DNA from: Podarcis filfolensis
Lineage: Eukaryota
Assembly (NCBI GenBank): GCA_964270895.1
Contig: OZ185437.1
Length of the DNA stretch: 64,000 nt
Reading direction: 5' to 3' (one strand)
The notes under the pieces were generated by a model that had not been told where the DNA came from, ran no database searches, and was given only the letters and a program-made list of their open reading frames with translations. This document shows, one piece after another, positions 49,766 through 61,468 of this stretch. The translations under genes and the position numbers were made by a program. Every line of letters starts with the position of its first letter. The stretch's first letter is position 1.

Positions 49766-50055
49766 TTTCATAAACCCCTCACTTTTCAGCTTGTGTAGCT
49801 TTGAAGCAGCACTATGAAGCCGTTTTCTCTGTGAGTTCAAGACTGAGTCCATCACTCGCCACCACGTGCGACAGTTCAAGATGAAGCCCAAACCCACAAC
49901 ACATAGAAATGATATCAGAATAGCATTCACTGTCATGTTTTCAGGATTCACTTTAAAATAAGCTAGAAGAATGATCCCGGCAACAATGCAGCTCAGAATG
50001 AAAAGGAAAATAACGAAGGATGGGAGGCAACAAGTTTTCTTCCATTTCTTTTTAC
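49766..50055 (-). CDS. KIDINS220: KIDINS220 exon with TM3/TM4 ([17 protein letters not shown]...KSEGFMK)
   Basis: Phase 1-0, 290 nt, two hydrophobic helices. Confidence 0.98.
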
Positions 50056-50218
50056 CTATGAAACAAACCAACAACTGCTAAGCACTTTTCTACGTTCAGC
50101 AGGAAACTCAAGTACCACCACCAAAATTTAACAGTCTGATATTTTAAAACTGAGATGAAATTAGAAGAACAGCAGCTATAGGAGGTTTTTAAGCAGAACC
50201 TGTCATCGAGGCTTTAGT

Positions 50219-50267
50219 TGAGATTCCTGCATCGCAGGGCGAGGATCCCAACTCTATGATTCCATGA
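50219..50267 (+). mobile_element. tiny CR1 3'UTR remnant
   Basis: GATTCCTGCATCGCAGGG...CCCAACTCTATGATTCCATGAT tail. Confidence 0.55.
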
Positions 50268-50354
50268 TATTCTTGAAAAATATTAACATGAGGTCCCTTT
50301 ACTTTCCCCCATGGCTTCAAAATGAGTTAGGTGCACAAGTTTCAGAAATCCTTG

Positions 50355-50465
50355 TCCACAGGTGAAGAACTTGTGGCCCTCCAGATGTTTTTGGCCAACA
50401 CCTCCCATCGTCCCGATCTACTAGCCATGCTAGCTAGGGCTGGTGGGAGCTAGCTAGCATCCAAC
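50355..50465. mobile_element. degenerate hAT-like MITE
   Basis: GGCCCTCCAGATGTTTTTGG...CTCCCATC...GGTGGGAG...CCAACAAC, same family as 31049. Confidence 0.55.
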
Positions 50466-50786
50466 AACACTTCTATCTCAGCTGTTATATAAACTACACA
50501 CAGAGGATCGTTATGAGGCCAGGATAAAAGAGCAAAAGTAATACCTCTCTCCCAAGAAAAAATACAGATCCAAAGAAGATCCTCAGGATTTTACAGATCT
50601 TTGGAGAGCTCCCCATTATGTGTTATTCTTTCCACAACTGCTAAGTTTCAAACATTTTTATACCATGAGGATATCTAGCTTCTTCCATTTATTATACGCT
50701 TCCTAAATGTTTCAGGGAAAATATATTTGCAAAGCAGATGCATTTTTCCATTGTTACAACAGAAATGGAGAAAAGCAGTGATTTGG

Positions 50787-50789
<3 letters not shown>

Positions 50790-50828
<39 letters not shown>
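50790..50828 (-). repeat. (ATT)13 microsatellite starting at +3 of a KIDINS220 donor site
   Basis: Minus strand CAAG|GT ATTATTATT... Confidence 0.95.
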
Positions 50829-50830
<2 letters not shown>

Positions 50831-50982
50831 CTTGAGTATCTTCAGTCTTGAATACTCGGAAAAGACGTGTTGCTAAGAAACCAAATTCCCTCTCGCAGGC
50901 ATCTGAGAGTGTGGCAATCATTTCAGCCATTGAAGTTTCTCCGCCAACACTGGATAGCCTATTGTAATCTGTAAATAAAAAT
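50831..50982 (-). CDS. KIDINS220: KIDINS220 exon ([18 protein letters not shown]...FKTEDTQ)
   Basis: Phase 2-1, 152 nt. Confidence 0.98.
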
Positions 50983-51874
50983 CTGAACACAAATACATGA
51001 AACAGTTTGATTGCTACTGGCTGATAGAATAAGCTTTTTTTCTGTCATTAAGATACACATCTTTAAACTGCTGGGCTGCTTTTAATACAGTAAACTTCTG
51101 CATTTTTATTTGCCACTCCTCCCCTGCTTTTAAAAAACATGCAATGATAGTTCTTAACTCCTACACACTTCTAACAATGTAATACGGGAATTATTTCAAC
51201 CAAGTGCTTAATCAGGACTCCGGGGTTTAGAGTAGACTCACTAAAATTAATGGGCCTAGATTAGTCATGTTCATTACATTAAATTGGTTTACAATGAGTA
51301 GGTCTACTGCTGGCTGCAACCCCAGATATGTCACAAAGGCATGTCACTCCATGCAGAATTGCAGCCTTAGAGAAAACCCAACAAAGTGTTAGTAGCTGTA
51401 TTTTGATGAAGAGCTTCCTAGCACGCATAGGAAAATATTCTGCAGTTTTACTGGCGAGTTTGCCAGTGATCCCAACAATATTTCTCTCTGTTGCTGCAAG
51501 ACAAGATCTCAAGGAACCAACCCAGTTAGACATTTAAAAATCCAAATACAGGCAGGCAGACACACACAGGATGACAACATCTACACAGCGTTGCCACCTG
51601 AGGAAAATTCAAAATTCAGTTCCAAGAGATTGTAGCGCAATAGAATGTTGAAAAGAGAATGTTTCCTATTTCTATGCTGTGTGGACAGTCCTACACAGGT
51701 AAGTGGCTGCACAGTCAATCTAATTAGAGTATCGGCTAAAGATCCCAGCTCAGTTGATCTCCATGAAACTTGGTCTCAGATGAGCATTCGACTATCAGAC
51801 TTTTGTCTTTTTTAAAGCAGATGCTCTCTGATGTGATTCACAACTAGAAGAACAAGATGTGAGATTATACTAAC

Positions 51875-52040
51875 CTTACAGGTAAGGCTTTAGTTGTTTG
51901 CTCTGGCAGCTCAGGTGGGTTCACAAACATAAGTTTAAGAAGCAACTCCATGTAGCCAATATGTCTTGCCAACCTTGTACTTAACACCCATGCCCAATTC
52001 CAGTTCTCTCCTTCTCTTCGGCTCCCAAAGTATATCACAG
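51875..52040 (-). CDS. KIDINS220: KIDINS220 exon ([17 protein letters not shown]...TTKALPV)
   Basis: Phase 1-2, 166 nt. Confidence 0.97.
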
Positions 52041-52737
52041 CTAGAAGAAGACGTTTTACAAATACCCTCAATGTTAATAGCAGTTATGGGCTTTAAACAG
52101 GAAACCAAACCACAAACCCTTTTGACACCAATCACATTTTAACTTTTGTCATTGCTATATATTTTATTTATATGATAGTTATCAACTATTTTCATTTAGT
52201 TCCACAGCGTATTTCTGGATAAAGCATGACAAAAGCAGTCATAAGAAAATCCTAATTCTTAAGTTATGTAAACACCCATTTTTTTTCCTGAGCTTCTTCT
52301 GAAGAATATGATGCTGCAGACCCCAATGTTATTTCCCATTTAAAAGCTAGAAGCAATAACACCCAACTTTTCACAGGTGGGGTGAAAATTTGGGACATGC
52401 AAATTTTGGTGCATGCATATTTCTTTAAATCATTGTCATTGATAACGTCGTGGAACAGTAATTAATAATCTTCAAAATTAATGGAACATTGCATTTCTGG
52501 AGCCAAAAGACAGGTACTGGCCTCCTTCTCAATTTAACAAATATTTGAAACCTGAGAATTGTAAATATTTAGCTACCCTTATTTTTGTGATAGTGTACTT
52601 GAATACATCATATATTGAAAATCCACGTTTCACAATTTAGTTCAACATCCAAACAGTTTCATTTCGTGGACTAAATTTCAGCTTAATTCTGGGCACATAA
52701 TAGGTTGTAATTACCGGTAATTCAATTTAAGACTTAC

Positions 52738-52917
52738 TAAAAAATACATATAGCAGTGCCAGCAAGCTCAATGCCACTGCTATTCCAAGTTTTGCATCCA
52801 AAGTGAATGAAAGCAGTAAACCAACACCACCACACAACAAAAGTGTAAGGACAACAATCAGCCAGGAAAATTGGAACAAAGGTTCAATCTGCTGCCCAGC
52901 AAAAGTTTTCATTTCAT
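52738..52917 (-). CDS. KIDINS220: KIDINS220 exon with TM1/TM2 ([19 protein letters not shown]...LLYVFF)
   Basis: Phase 1-1, 180 nt. Confidence 0.97.
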
Positions 52918-53244
52918 CTAAAAAAAGAGAAAAGAAAATAATTAATCAAAAGGTAATTCCAGAGGCGGTTCTCTGTATGGCTACAATTGCTCCCTTGCAG
53001 AACAATCTACCATTTTTAAATAAATAAATTACTTTTCCATTAGAAAGCATGATAAGGAAGGGGTAACTAAGAGGAAGGGATGGGGGGGATTAGATTCCGT
53101 TTGCACTTTGAGGCAAGCCTACCCAATACACATCCTGCAACAAGACAATAACTGAAACATAGCCATCCTTAACCATTCTAACCTCTCCAAATTTCGCAGT
53201 GTAGATCTTTCGTATAAAAAAGCATAAACTGGAGTAATTCTTAC

Positions 53245-53409
53245 CTTCAAGTTTCTTGAGCAGAAAAGATTTCCCACTCCCCCATTGGGCATACAGCCCA
53301 ACACAGATGGGAGGCTGCATAGTTGGCTCACTAAGAATGTCGGCTAGTGCACTGCTATAAAGATCATAACCCAGCATATCTCCATCAGATTCTGTCGGAG
53401 ATAAGTGTC
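53245..53409 (-). CDS. KIDINS220: KIDINS220 exon with Walker A ([15 protein letters not shown]...[18 protein letters not shown])
   Basis: Phase 1-1, 165 nt, KAP-family P-loop motif. Confidence 0.98.
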
Positions 53410-53900
53410 CTGCAAAACCAAACAGGCTTCATAGAGTAAATTAGTTATGCACGTAAGTATTTAGCTTTTCATACATTGGCAAATCATGACCAGCATGCTT
53501 AAAGCAACTTAAAATAAACCACTCACTCTTGAAAAGAAACCCTCGCTTCTTTTCATAGTCCCACATAAAATTAACACATTTATTTTCTTTTTGCATGCTG
53601 TTACCTGAGAGATGATTTTGATGCAGTGAGAGCAGCACTGCAGGAATGTCCAAACACACACACACAAGTTGCAGAGCGGTCAAACAAGAGTATATTGTCA
53701 CAGAAAAAGGCACACACATCACACCCCTCTTTTGCTGTGTGTGTGCCAAAATAACTGCAGAAAATGCACATGCACACAGAAGAGAGGAGCAGTGCGATAA
53801 GAAAAGATTGCCACAGCAAGCTACACACACATTAAGGAAGAAGCGGTGGTTCTGGAAGACACACTATTTGCATACAGATTGTCCCAGGAAAACAAAACAC

Positions 53901-53925
53901 AGAGAGAGAGAGAGAGAGAGAGAGA
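53901..53925. repeat. (AG)n microsatellite
   Basis: Perfect AG run. Confidence 0.9.
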
Positions 53926-54406
53926 ACAGGGGAGCACCCACTGCAAGGTACCACAGATAAGGGGAAGGGTCCCCCCAAAAAATGAGCAAGCAGGCTGCTA
54001 GAACAACAGTCAAAACAAGCCTCCCTTAGACAAACATGAAAAGAACTTCAATATCTTTTCAGTGTGGCCTGTCTTTATGTAACTTCTAATTTTCTTCATT
54101 CCAGGCTACCCTCTCTCCTGAGTGTTGGCTGAATTAAGTTGCTTGGTCGGGAAAGGTGACCGGAGGGGGGGCGGAAGGTTTCTTCTTTGCTCCAGGAGCA
54201 GCTGTCTTCTCTTCATAGGCTTGTGGAGCTAAAGGGGAGGCTGTGCTGAGGAGGGATAGGTGAACGGGTGGAGAAGGCCGGCTATGTTAGGGGTAGAGTC
54301 AGAGAGACCCCCCTCTGCTTGCGAGCAACGGTCCTCACTTGACGCCTTGGTCACCTCCTTGCAGCTTGGAAGCTGGCAGATTAAGAAGAAAATGCACAAT
54401 ACTTAC

Positions 54407-54584
54407 GAGCTCCAAATATCTGAGTTAAAATGCTTTTCTGGTGGCTACAGTCAATGTTGTAAGGCGTCTCTCCAGCTTTATTGGGCCTGTAAAGCAGTCT
54501 ACCGTCTTTAGGATTTCTTAAAAGCAGTTCTGCAAGCCTACGGCTTCTCCCACGAATAGCAATATGAAGTGGGGTGTCTCCTTT
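54407..54584 (-). CDS. KIDINS220: KIDINS220 last ankyrin exon ([12 protein letters not shown]...ILTQIFGA)
   Basis: Phase 0-1, 178 nt. Confidence 0.98.
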
Positions 54585-54978
54585 CTGTAAGAATAGCAAA
54601 AGAGAATGGGTGAAGACGTAGCTATTGTGGAGTAGATCACCTACTTACTCAAAAGCTGCCCTGACAAGTTCCCTTCACTGCCATCCCTTATCCCCCTAGA
54701 ATAGGACCTTCCCTTAGTTTTCTCTCTCTCTAAATAACCCGTCTCTTCACTTTGCAAATTTTGTTTCTGTAAAAGAAAAATCCAGGGTTAGGGTTTATTT
54801 TACTGAATCATTCTGACAGGTCCTTCTTCTTTACAAACATGTGTAAAATCAGGTATCTACCTCAATATCATTTTCAACTGCCTTCATTTAATAGAGGACA
54901 ATGTGCCCTAAACAGTTTGGTTAAAGCATTAAGGACAATAAATTAAAATAAATACAGTGGTTATCAACTGGAGTTTAC

Positions 54979-55077
54979 CTTGTCTACAGCAGAAACTTTA
55001 GCTCCTTTGTCAAGCAGAAGCTCAACTATTTCAATATTTCTCATCTTGGTGGCCTTTATAAGAGGTGTTTCTCCATC
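54979..55077 (-). CDS. KIDINS220: KIDINS220 ankyrin exon ([33 protein letters not shown])
   Basis: 99 nt, phase 0-0, AG/GT bounded. Confidence 0.97.
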
Positions 55078-55416
55078 CTAAAAGCAAAAGTAAAATGGTA
55101 TTTTGTGAATGCCTTCAAAATAGACAGGCACAACAGGCCTTCTGGCAGCAATGAATTTTGAATTCTGGAACACCTGCATATTTTATGGCAAAAAAAAATT
55201 AAGTACCCACCTCCAGCCTAGAAGTTTGAGGTAATTTTAACTGTAACACAATTTTTTGTTTGCCCTTGGAGTCAAAACTGGTAGCCCAGGTTGTTGTTTT
55301 TCAAGGCAGATACTCAGTATTACATAATGAAGTTCAGTTATTCCTCAATACATTTACAGAGCAATCTTAACTAGAGGAAACTGGTGTAACTTGGCTTGGC
55401 ATAACTTATACCAGCA

Positions 55417-55771
55417 TAAAGGTAAAGGTAAAGGGACCCCTGACCATTAGGTCCAGTCATGACCGATTCTGGGGTTGCGGCGCTCATCTCGCTTTATTGG
55501 CCAAGGGAGCTGGCAGACAGCTTCAGGGTCACGTGGCCAGCATGACTAAGCCGCTTCTGGCGAACCAGAGCAGAACATGGAAACGCCTTTTACCTTCCCG
55601 CCGGAGCGGTACCTATTTATCTACTTGCACTTTGACGTGCTTTCGAACTGCTAGGTTGGCAGGAGCAGGGACTGAGCAACAGGAGCACACCCCGTCGCGG
55701 GGATTCGAACCGCCAACCTTCTGATCGGCAAGCCCTAGGCTCTGTGGTTTAACCCACAGCGCCACCCGCAT
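55417..55771 (-). mobile_element. Sauria SINE, near full length
   Basis: tRNA-derived head GCGGGTGGCGCTGTGGGTTAAACC...GGTTCGAATCCCC (pol III A/B boxes) and (ACCTTT)n tail on the minus strand. Confidence 0.92.
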
Positions 55772-56165
55772 CATACATTACAACTATTCTAAATGCTGTT
55801 TGGAAGTCTCTGCAAGGGTCTAGGCCCCAGGTTGTGAGGACTGGGCCCTAAGTTGCATGACCAATCTGAACAGAACTTGGAATAGGTTTAAGTCTCTCCT
55901 TTGCTGGGTCCAGTCCCACCCCTTTTGGGAGAGATTATGCTGGTGTAAGTAATGCAGGCTTAAATTCTGCTGGCTGAGCCCTGGCCAAGCTGGGATGAGG
56001 GATTTATTCCAGCATAGCTCTGGCTGAGCCTCTGGTGATCCAAGAAAGCCCAAGATCCTCTAACTCCAAGCTATCTTATCCCAGCAGATATTGGATTTGG
56101 ATTGTGCTGTTAAGCATTCCCTTGAACACAAATTTGGTGTGGTATTTTCCCCATGCTATGAATTA

Positions 56166-56390
56166 CAGTGGTACCTCGGGTTAAGAACTTAATTCATTCT
56201 GGAGGTCCGTTCTTAACCTGAAGCACCACTTTAGCTAATGGGGCCTCCCACTGCCGCCATGCCACCGCTGCACAATTTCTGTTCTCATCCTGAAGCAAAG
56301 TTCTTAACCCGAGGTACTATTTCTGGGTTAGTAGAGTCTGTAACCTGAAGCGTCTGTAACCTGAAGCGTCTGTAACCCGAGGTACCAATG
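56166..56390 (+). mobile_element. Tc1/mariner MITE (CAGTGGTACCTC family)
   Basis: TA TSD at 56164-56165 and 56391-56392; TIR CAGTGGTACCTCGGGTT / AACCCGAGGTACCAATG. Confidence 0.9.
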
Positions 56391-56822
56391 TATTTCCTTT
56401 GTTGACGTTCTAATTTGCAATGGTAGTTATTGCTAATTAATACAAAGTAAAGCGTTTCTCATTAAACTTATTTATGGGAGGAAAGCATCTCAGAAGGAAA
56501 ATTAGCTTAAGTATGTGCATATAGCCTCCACTCAAAATGCATTTCAGTTAAGATATTGATTTTCTATTTTTTTAAAGGCGATGGGAAATGCTGGTGATAT
56601 ATTTTTTAATGTGCTCCTCAGGCTTTCTGAATATAGTTTTAAAAGCACAGAAGAGCAAATATGAACAAACTAGAATTGTACTCAACTATTCTCTCCTCAC
56701 ATTTGGTGTAGACAACATTTTTAACAAAAATGCCATATTCAGCAACACAGAGAAGAGCGAAAAAGCATTGTTGCAAAATAAACCATATCTCGAAGATCAA
56801 AGTCATTACATGATATATTTAC

Positions 56823-56921
56823 CTTTGTACATATTTCAGTGTCTGGGTTGCACTGCAAGATATCTCTAACCATGGTAGCATTTCCTTTTTCAACAGCCCA
56901 GTATAAAGCAGTTTTATTATC
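56823..56921 (-). CDS. KIDINS220: KIDINS220 ankyrin exon ([33 protein letters not shown])
   Basis: 99 nt, phase 0-0. Confidence 0.97.
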
Positions 56922-57744
56922 CTACAAATAAACAACATATTTGAAAAGCACTTTAAATGCAGTCAAACTAACTTCACAAACCACGTATTATGCAGGTTAT
57001 ATTCAACACTATATAGCAAAGTGATAAAATTCAGAATGGAAAAAGGAAACTGACATTGGGTGTTTTTTAAAAAAATGTAATGTAAGTTACATATCAGTGT
57101 TTGGCTAAAATTAGGATTATAGTATTTCAAAAAAGTTCTTCAACACATGGCATTCAGAAACCACTTCACAAAAAGCTGGCATACACAATATATTTAATTG
57201 AAAGGGATGGAGAATCTTCTCTAAACACTATATTACAACCAAATCTAGAAATCTAGGGTGTGCCTTGGAAAGAAGAAGAATCTTCTGCTGGTATTTGCTT
57301 TTAGGAATGGTACTGGATGTATAATGAATTGCATGAGATTTCCGTATTTATTTATTTTTTCAAAAAGTAGCTCAGCGTCATCATATCAACAAAGCAACTA
57401 CAATGTGTACTGCATCACCTCTGAACTGTAGCTTCAGGAAACTCCTTGCAACAGATATACTTAAGAAATACTTTTACTATAGTGAAAAGCTGAAATATTC
57501 TGATTTCACAGTCCAGCCTGACAGTTAATTATGTACTCAGCATCAGCTGCTGTTCTGATCCACCGACAAATAGCAGCTACTGTCAGAAGCTGTCCTGAGC
57601 ACCTGTCATTTTGCAGGCTTCCGAGCTCTCGATTCGATCCCCTTTCCATGACTAAAAGCAACAGCAGATTTTTGGTTAACCTGTTTATATAAAGATGCTA
57701 GGCAAGTGCTTCGTGACTCACTGAATTAGACTCACTAGCAAGTG

Positions 57745-58427
57745 GCTTGAGAGCAGTACATGTGAAAAGGATCTAGGAGTCCTGGTTGACCACAAACTTG
57801 ACATGAGCCAACAGTGTGATGCGGCAGCTAAAAAAGCCAATGCAATTCTGGGCTGCATCAACAGGAGTATAGCATCTAGATCAAGGAAGTAATAGCGCCA
57901 CTGTATTCTGCTCTGGTCAGACCTCACCTGGAGTACTGTGTCCAGTTCTGGGCACCACAGTTCAAGAAGGACACTGACAAACTGGAACGTGTCCAGAGGA
58001 GGGCAACCAAAATGGTCAAAGGCCTGGAAACGATGCCTTATGAGGAACGGCTAAGGGAGCTGGGCATGTTTAGCCTGGAGAAGAGGAGGTTAAGGGGTGA
58101 TATGATAGCCATGTTCAAATATATAAAAGAATGTCACATAGAGGAGGGAGAAAGGTTGTTTTCTGCTGCTCCAGAGAAGCGGACACGGAGCAATGGTTCC
58201 AAACTACAAGAAAGAAGATTCCACCTAAACATTAGGAAGAACTTCCTGACAGTAAGAGCTGTTCGACAGTGGAATTTGCTGCCAAGGAGTGTGGTGGAGT
58301 CTCCTTCTTTGGAGGTCTTTAAGCAGAGGCTTGACAACCATACGTCAGGAGTGCTCTGATGGTGTTTCCTGCTTGGCAGGGGGTTGGACTCGATGGCCCT
58401 TGTGGTCTCTTCCAACTCTATGATTCT
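57745..58427 (+). mobile_element. CR1 LINE, 5'-truncated, with RT C-terminal ORF remnant and 3' tail
   Basis: [35 protein letters not shown]...[16 protein letters not shown] typical of CR1; tail CCAACTCTATGATTCT; possible TSD AAGTG at 57740-57744 and 58428-58432. Confidence 0.95.
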
Positions 58428-58743
58428 AAGTGCCTAAAACTAAGCTGGATGCAATGCTCCCAAGGAGCAGAATAGGGCATGGATGTTCTTTATGATCAAA
58501 ACAAATATACCTACTTTATACATAACTTAAGAGACAGTAAGTATAGAATGCCAAGGAACAAAATGTTTGTCTTTATGTGTCGTGTTAAAGTGCACAGTTC
58601 TTTCCAGTTGCAAATACAGTAGGAAATCAAGTGTTTTTCAAGATGCCATCTAGAAATGTGCTTTCTGTCTCTGAGGAATGCTTTTGGAAATGATATATTA
58701 CAAGAGCATTTTCAAAATCCTGAACTCACACAGAATTACTTAC

Positions 58744-58842
58744 CTGCCCTCTAATGTCTATATCTGCATACTTATGAAGCAAGGCTCTCACAATTTCAAC
58801 ATGACCACCTCGGACAGCCCCAATCAGCACAGTATCTCCACT
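58744..58842 (-). CDS. KIDINS220: KIDINS220 ankyrin exon ([33 protein letters not shown])
   Basis: 99 nt, phase 0-0. Confidence 0.97.
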
Positions 58843-58891
58843 CTGCAATGAGGACAGAACACAGTCAAATGTCTTAAAGCACTTCCAAAAT

Positions 58892-59135
58892 AGAAGAAGA
58901 GGAGTTTGGATTTGATATCCTGCCTTTCACTCCCTTTAAGGAGTCTCAAAGTGGCTAACATTCTCCTTTCCCTTCCTCCCCCACAACAAACACTCTGTGA
59001 GGTGAGTGGGGCTGAGAGACTTCAAAGAAGTGTGACTGGCCCAAGGTCACCCAGCAGCTGCATGTGGAGGAGCGGAGACCCGAACCCGGTTCCCCAGATT
59101 ACGAGACTACCGCTCTTAACCACTACACCACACTA
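58892..59135 (-). mobile_element. tRNA-derived MIR/CORE-type squamate SINE (Squam3-like)
   Basis: Minus strand AGTGTGGTGTAGTGGTTAAGAGCGGTAG A box, GGGTTC B-box region, CORE-like GGGTGACCTTGGGC, (TCT)n tail. Confidence 0.85.
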
Positions 59136-59209
59136 GCTTTTTATACTTTGTTATAAGCATTAAAAAACATAATGAATGTATATAGACACATTATCAAACC
59201 CTTACTTAC

Positions 59210-59407
59210 CCTGTCAGGAATATTCACGTAGGTTCCTGCATCTAAGAGGTCCTGCACAATTTCAGTATGTCCCTCCTTTGCGGCAATCATCAAAGCTGTG
59301 TTTCCATCTTTATCTGTTAAGTTGACATTTGGATTCCTTTTCAGGATTTCTTTTACTGAATCTGTGAAACCACCTTTTACTGCTACTATAAGTGCAGTCA
59401 TGGAATT
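59210..59407 (-). CDS. KIDINS220: KIDINS220 double ankyrin exon ([13 protein letters not shown]...GTYVNIPDR)
   Basis: 198 nt, phase 0-0. Confidence 0.98.
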
Positions 59408-60111
59408 CTGGAGAGGGGAAGAGATAGAAAACACACAATATATTAGTGGCAGTTGAGACTAACTGGTCAATACAGGAGGAGATTTTTTTCTCCGCTTCTG
59501 AAGTTCATCTTATTTCAGTAGCATTAACTTCAAACACACCATTACATTCCACTATTACTTTTACGCCAAAAGCAATTCTACATTTTCAGGTAACAGCAAC
59601 AAGGGAAAATCCCCCAGAAAATCTGCACCCCAGATTTTATATTCACAGACCTTAGAATCCAATACAATAGGTTTCTTTCAAGCCCAATAGCAGCACAACA
59701 AATGGGTTTCTGGCATGGGCAACACAGCTCAGGAGATAATGGTTAATTATTTTCTCCTCAACTATGACTCCTTCCTGAAATTGCAAAATAATAGCTAATG
59801 AAAGTCTTTTTAAAATCCTAACTGTATGGTTTGAGAATTTACTGTGATTGTCAGAGCTGTAGAGGAAAATGTCTCCACATCACAATTAAGCCTGAAGAAA
59901 GCCCTCAGTTGGGCAGGAGAAGGATGGTATGGTCATCAGGGTAGTCCTCAGTGGGCACATGTGTGTGTTCGGATTCCAGGCTGGCAACTCCAGCACTAAA
60001 CCATCTGGACTAACAAACACCATGATCCCATCTTCTTTAAACACTATCTACTGCTTTATTATTAGAATAATATTTAGACTAATCAGATCCCATTTTTTTT
60101 TAAGTACTCAC

Positions 60112-60210
60112 AGCTCCTTCTTGATCAACATCCGCTCCCATATGCAGCAAATACTTCACACATTCCAGATGACCTTTTCTTGCAGCCCAGATCAGCGGAG
60201 TAGTACCATA
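60112..60210 (-). CDS. KIDINS220: KIDINS220 ankyrin exon ([33 protein letters not shown])
   Basis: 99 nt, phase 0-0; missed by the ORF track. Confidence 0.97.
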
Positions 60211-60806
60211 CTGTAGAATATATTTTGAACATATGAGACACATTCCAGCTTTGTTTTGAAAGCAGAACAACTCCCTCAGTTTGTGAGTGGGCAGGAGAAG
60301 AAAGGCGTCAAGTAAGTAGGTAGAATTTCAAGCGGAAGACATGAAAATAACATTTTAGGATAATGCCAGAACATAACAGAAGACCTCGCTAATACAGAAA
60401 TGTGAAAAGGAAGGTAAAAGAGTTACTAAGTTGGCAACATTCCCAAAGTGATGCAGGGAGACAGATCAATGGTAAGGGGGGAAAGGCAAAGTATAGGTAT
60501 GGTAGAGCTGAGAAGTGCTATTGGCATATATTGTGGACTCAAGAGTGAGGTAAAATCACAGCTAATTCAATAATCATACGTGGTCAAAGAGATGGTGGGA
60601 ATATCATGAAGATTATATAGTACACCTAGAGGTCAGCATCTACTAGTCCTTAGGAGGCCATAACCAACTGTCTCACTCTAATAACAGTTTACGTACTATC
60701 ATTGGGCAGAGTTTGGACAACATACAGCCTGTGAGCTCTTGTAAAGAGTCTTAAAAATTATTTCATTTTAGTGACTAGAAAAATTATTTCATTTTAGTGA
60801 CTAGAA

Positions 60807-60943
60807 CAGTATTCCCCAACCTGGTGCCTTCAAGTTCTTACTAGATTCCAACTCTCATCAGTCCCAGACACCATGACCAATGGTCAGGGACAAGACAAGT
60901 TGTAGCCTAAAACCTATGGAGGGCACCAGACTGGAGAAGCCTG
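60807..60943. mobile_element. hAT (Charlie-like) MITE
   Basis: CAGTATTCCCCAACCTGGTGCC...GGCACCAGACTGGAGAAGCCTG; 8-bp flanks GACTAGAA and CACTAGAG. Confidence 0.7.
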
Positions 60944-61038
60944 CACTAGAGCTGGAATACTGTTGAATGATTGCTCAGAGCACCCCAATGGAAATGTGCA
61001 TAGGTAAGCATGCATAGGACTTCTGGCAAAGTCGGTTT

Positions 61039-61468
61039 AATTGAAATTGAAATACTTTATTGTCACTTGTACAACTTGTATACAGTGAGATTGCACAAAC
61101 ACCCCCCACGCAGCTCTCTTAGTCTTAATTCCCCTCGTTTACTGACGCACACCCACCAAACCCGAAAGTCAGTTGCCCTGTTGTTATCTTTTCATTCAGC
61201 AGCCTAACAGCCCACAGATAGAAGCTGCTCTTTACCCTGTTGGTGCGACTAATCATGCTTCTATATCTTCTGCCCGAGCGCAGGCGATCAAGTAAGTGCC
61301 GGCCAGGGTGTGAATCATCCCTGAGAATTTTCCTCACTCTCCTGAGGCAACGTTCTTCCGCTATTTCATCCAGCGGATTCAGGGGACAGCCCATAATATC
61401 TTGTGCTGTATTCACCACCCTCTGTAGGCACTTCCTATCAGTTGATGTCAAACCAGTGTACCACACTT
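61039..61468 (-). mobile_element. Rex1/Babar-clade LINE 3' fragment
   Basis: WYTG...RKCLQRVVNTAQDIMG...SHPG...SGRRYRS...RVKSSFYLWAVRLLN is the Rex1/Babar ORF C-terminal signature; AATAAA at 61056-61061 followed by a TTTCAA-repeat tail. Confidence 0.8.

Noticed and set aside
54100-54380. GC-rich, Pro/Ser-coding-looking block just after the last ankyrin exon
   Set aside because: All frames from the nearest acceptor hit stops, and the splice phases do not fit the flanking phase-1 junction
55690-55771. tRNA-like sequences with A/B boxes (also 63255-63339 and 59060-59135)
   Set aside because: These are SINE heads continuous with SINE bodies and tails, not tRNA genes
56336-56380. Short direct repeats CTGTAACCTGAAGCGT that could be mistaken for a CRISPR-like array
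   Set aside because: Internal subterminal repeats of the MITE family; no spacers; eukaryotic context
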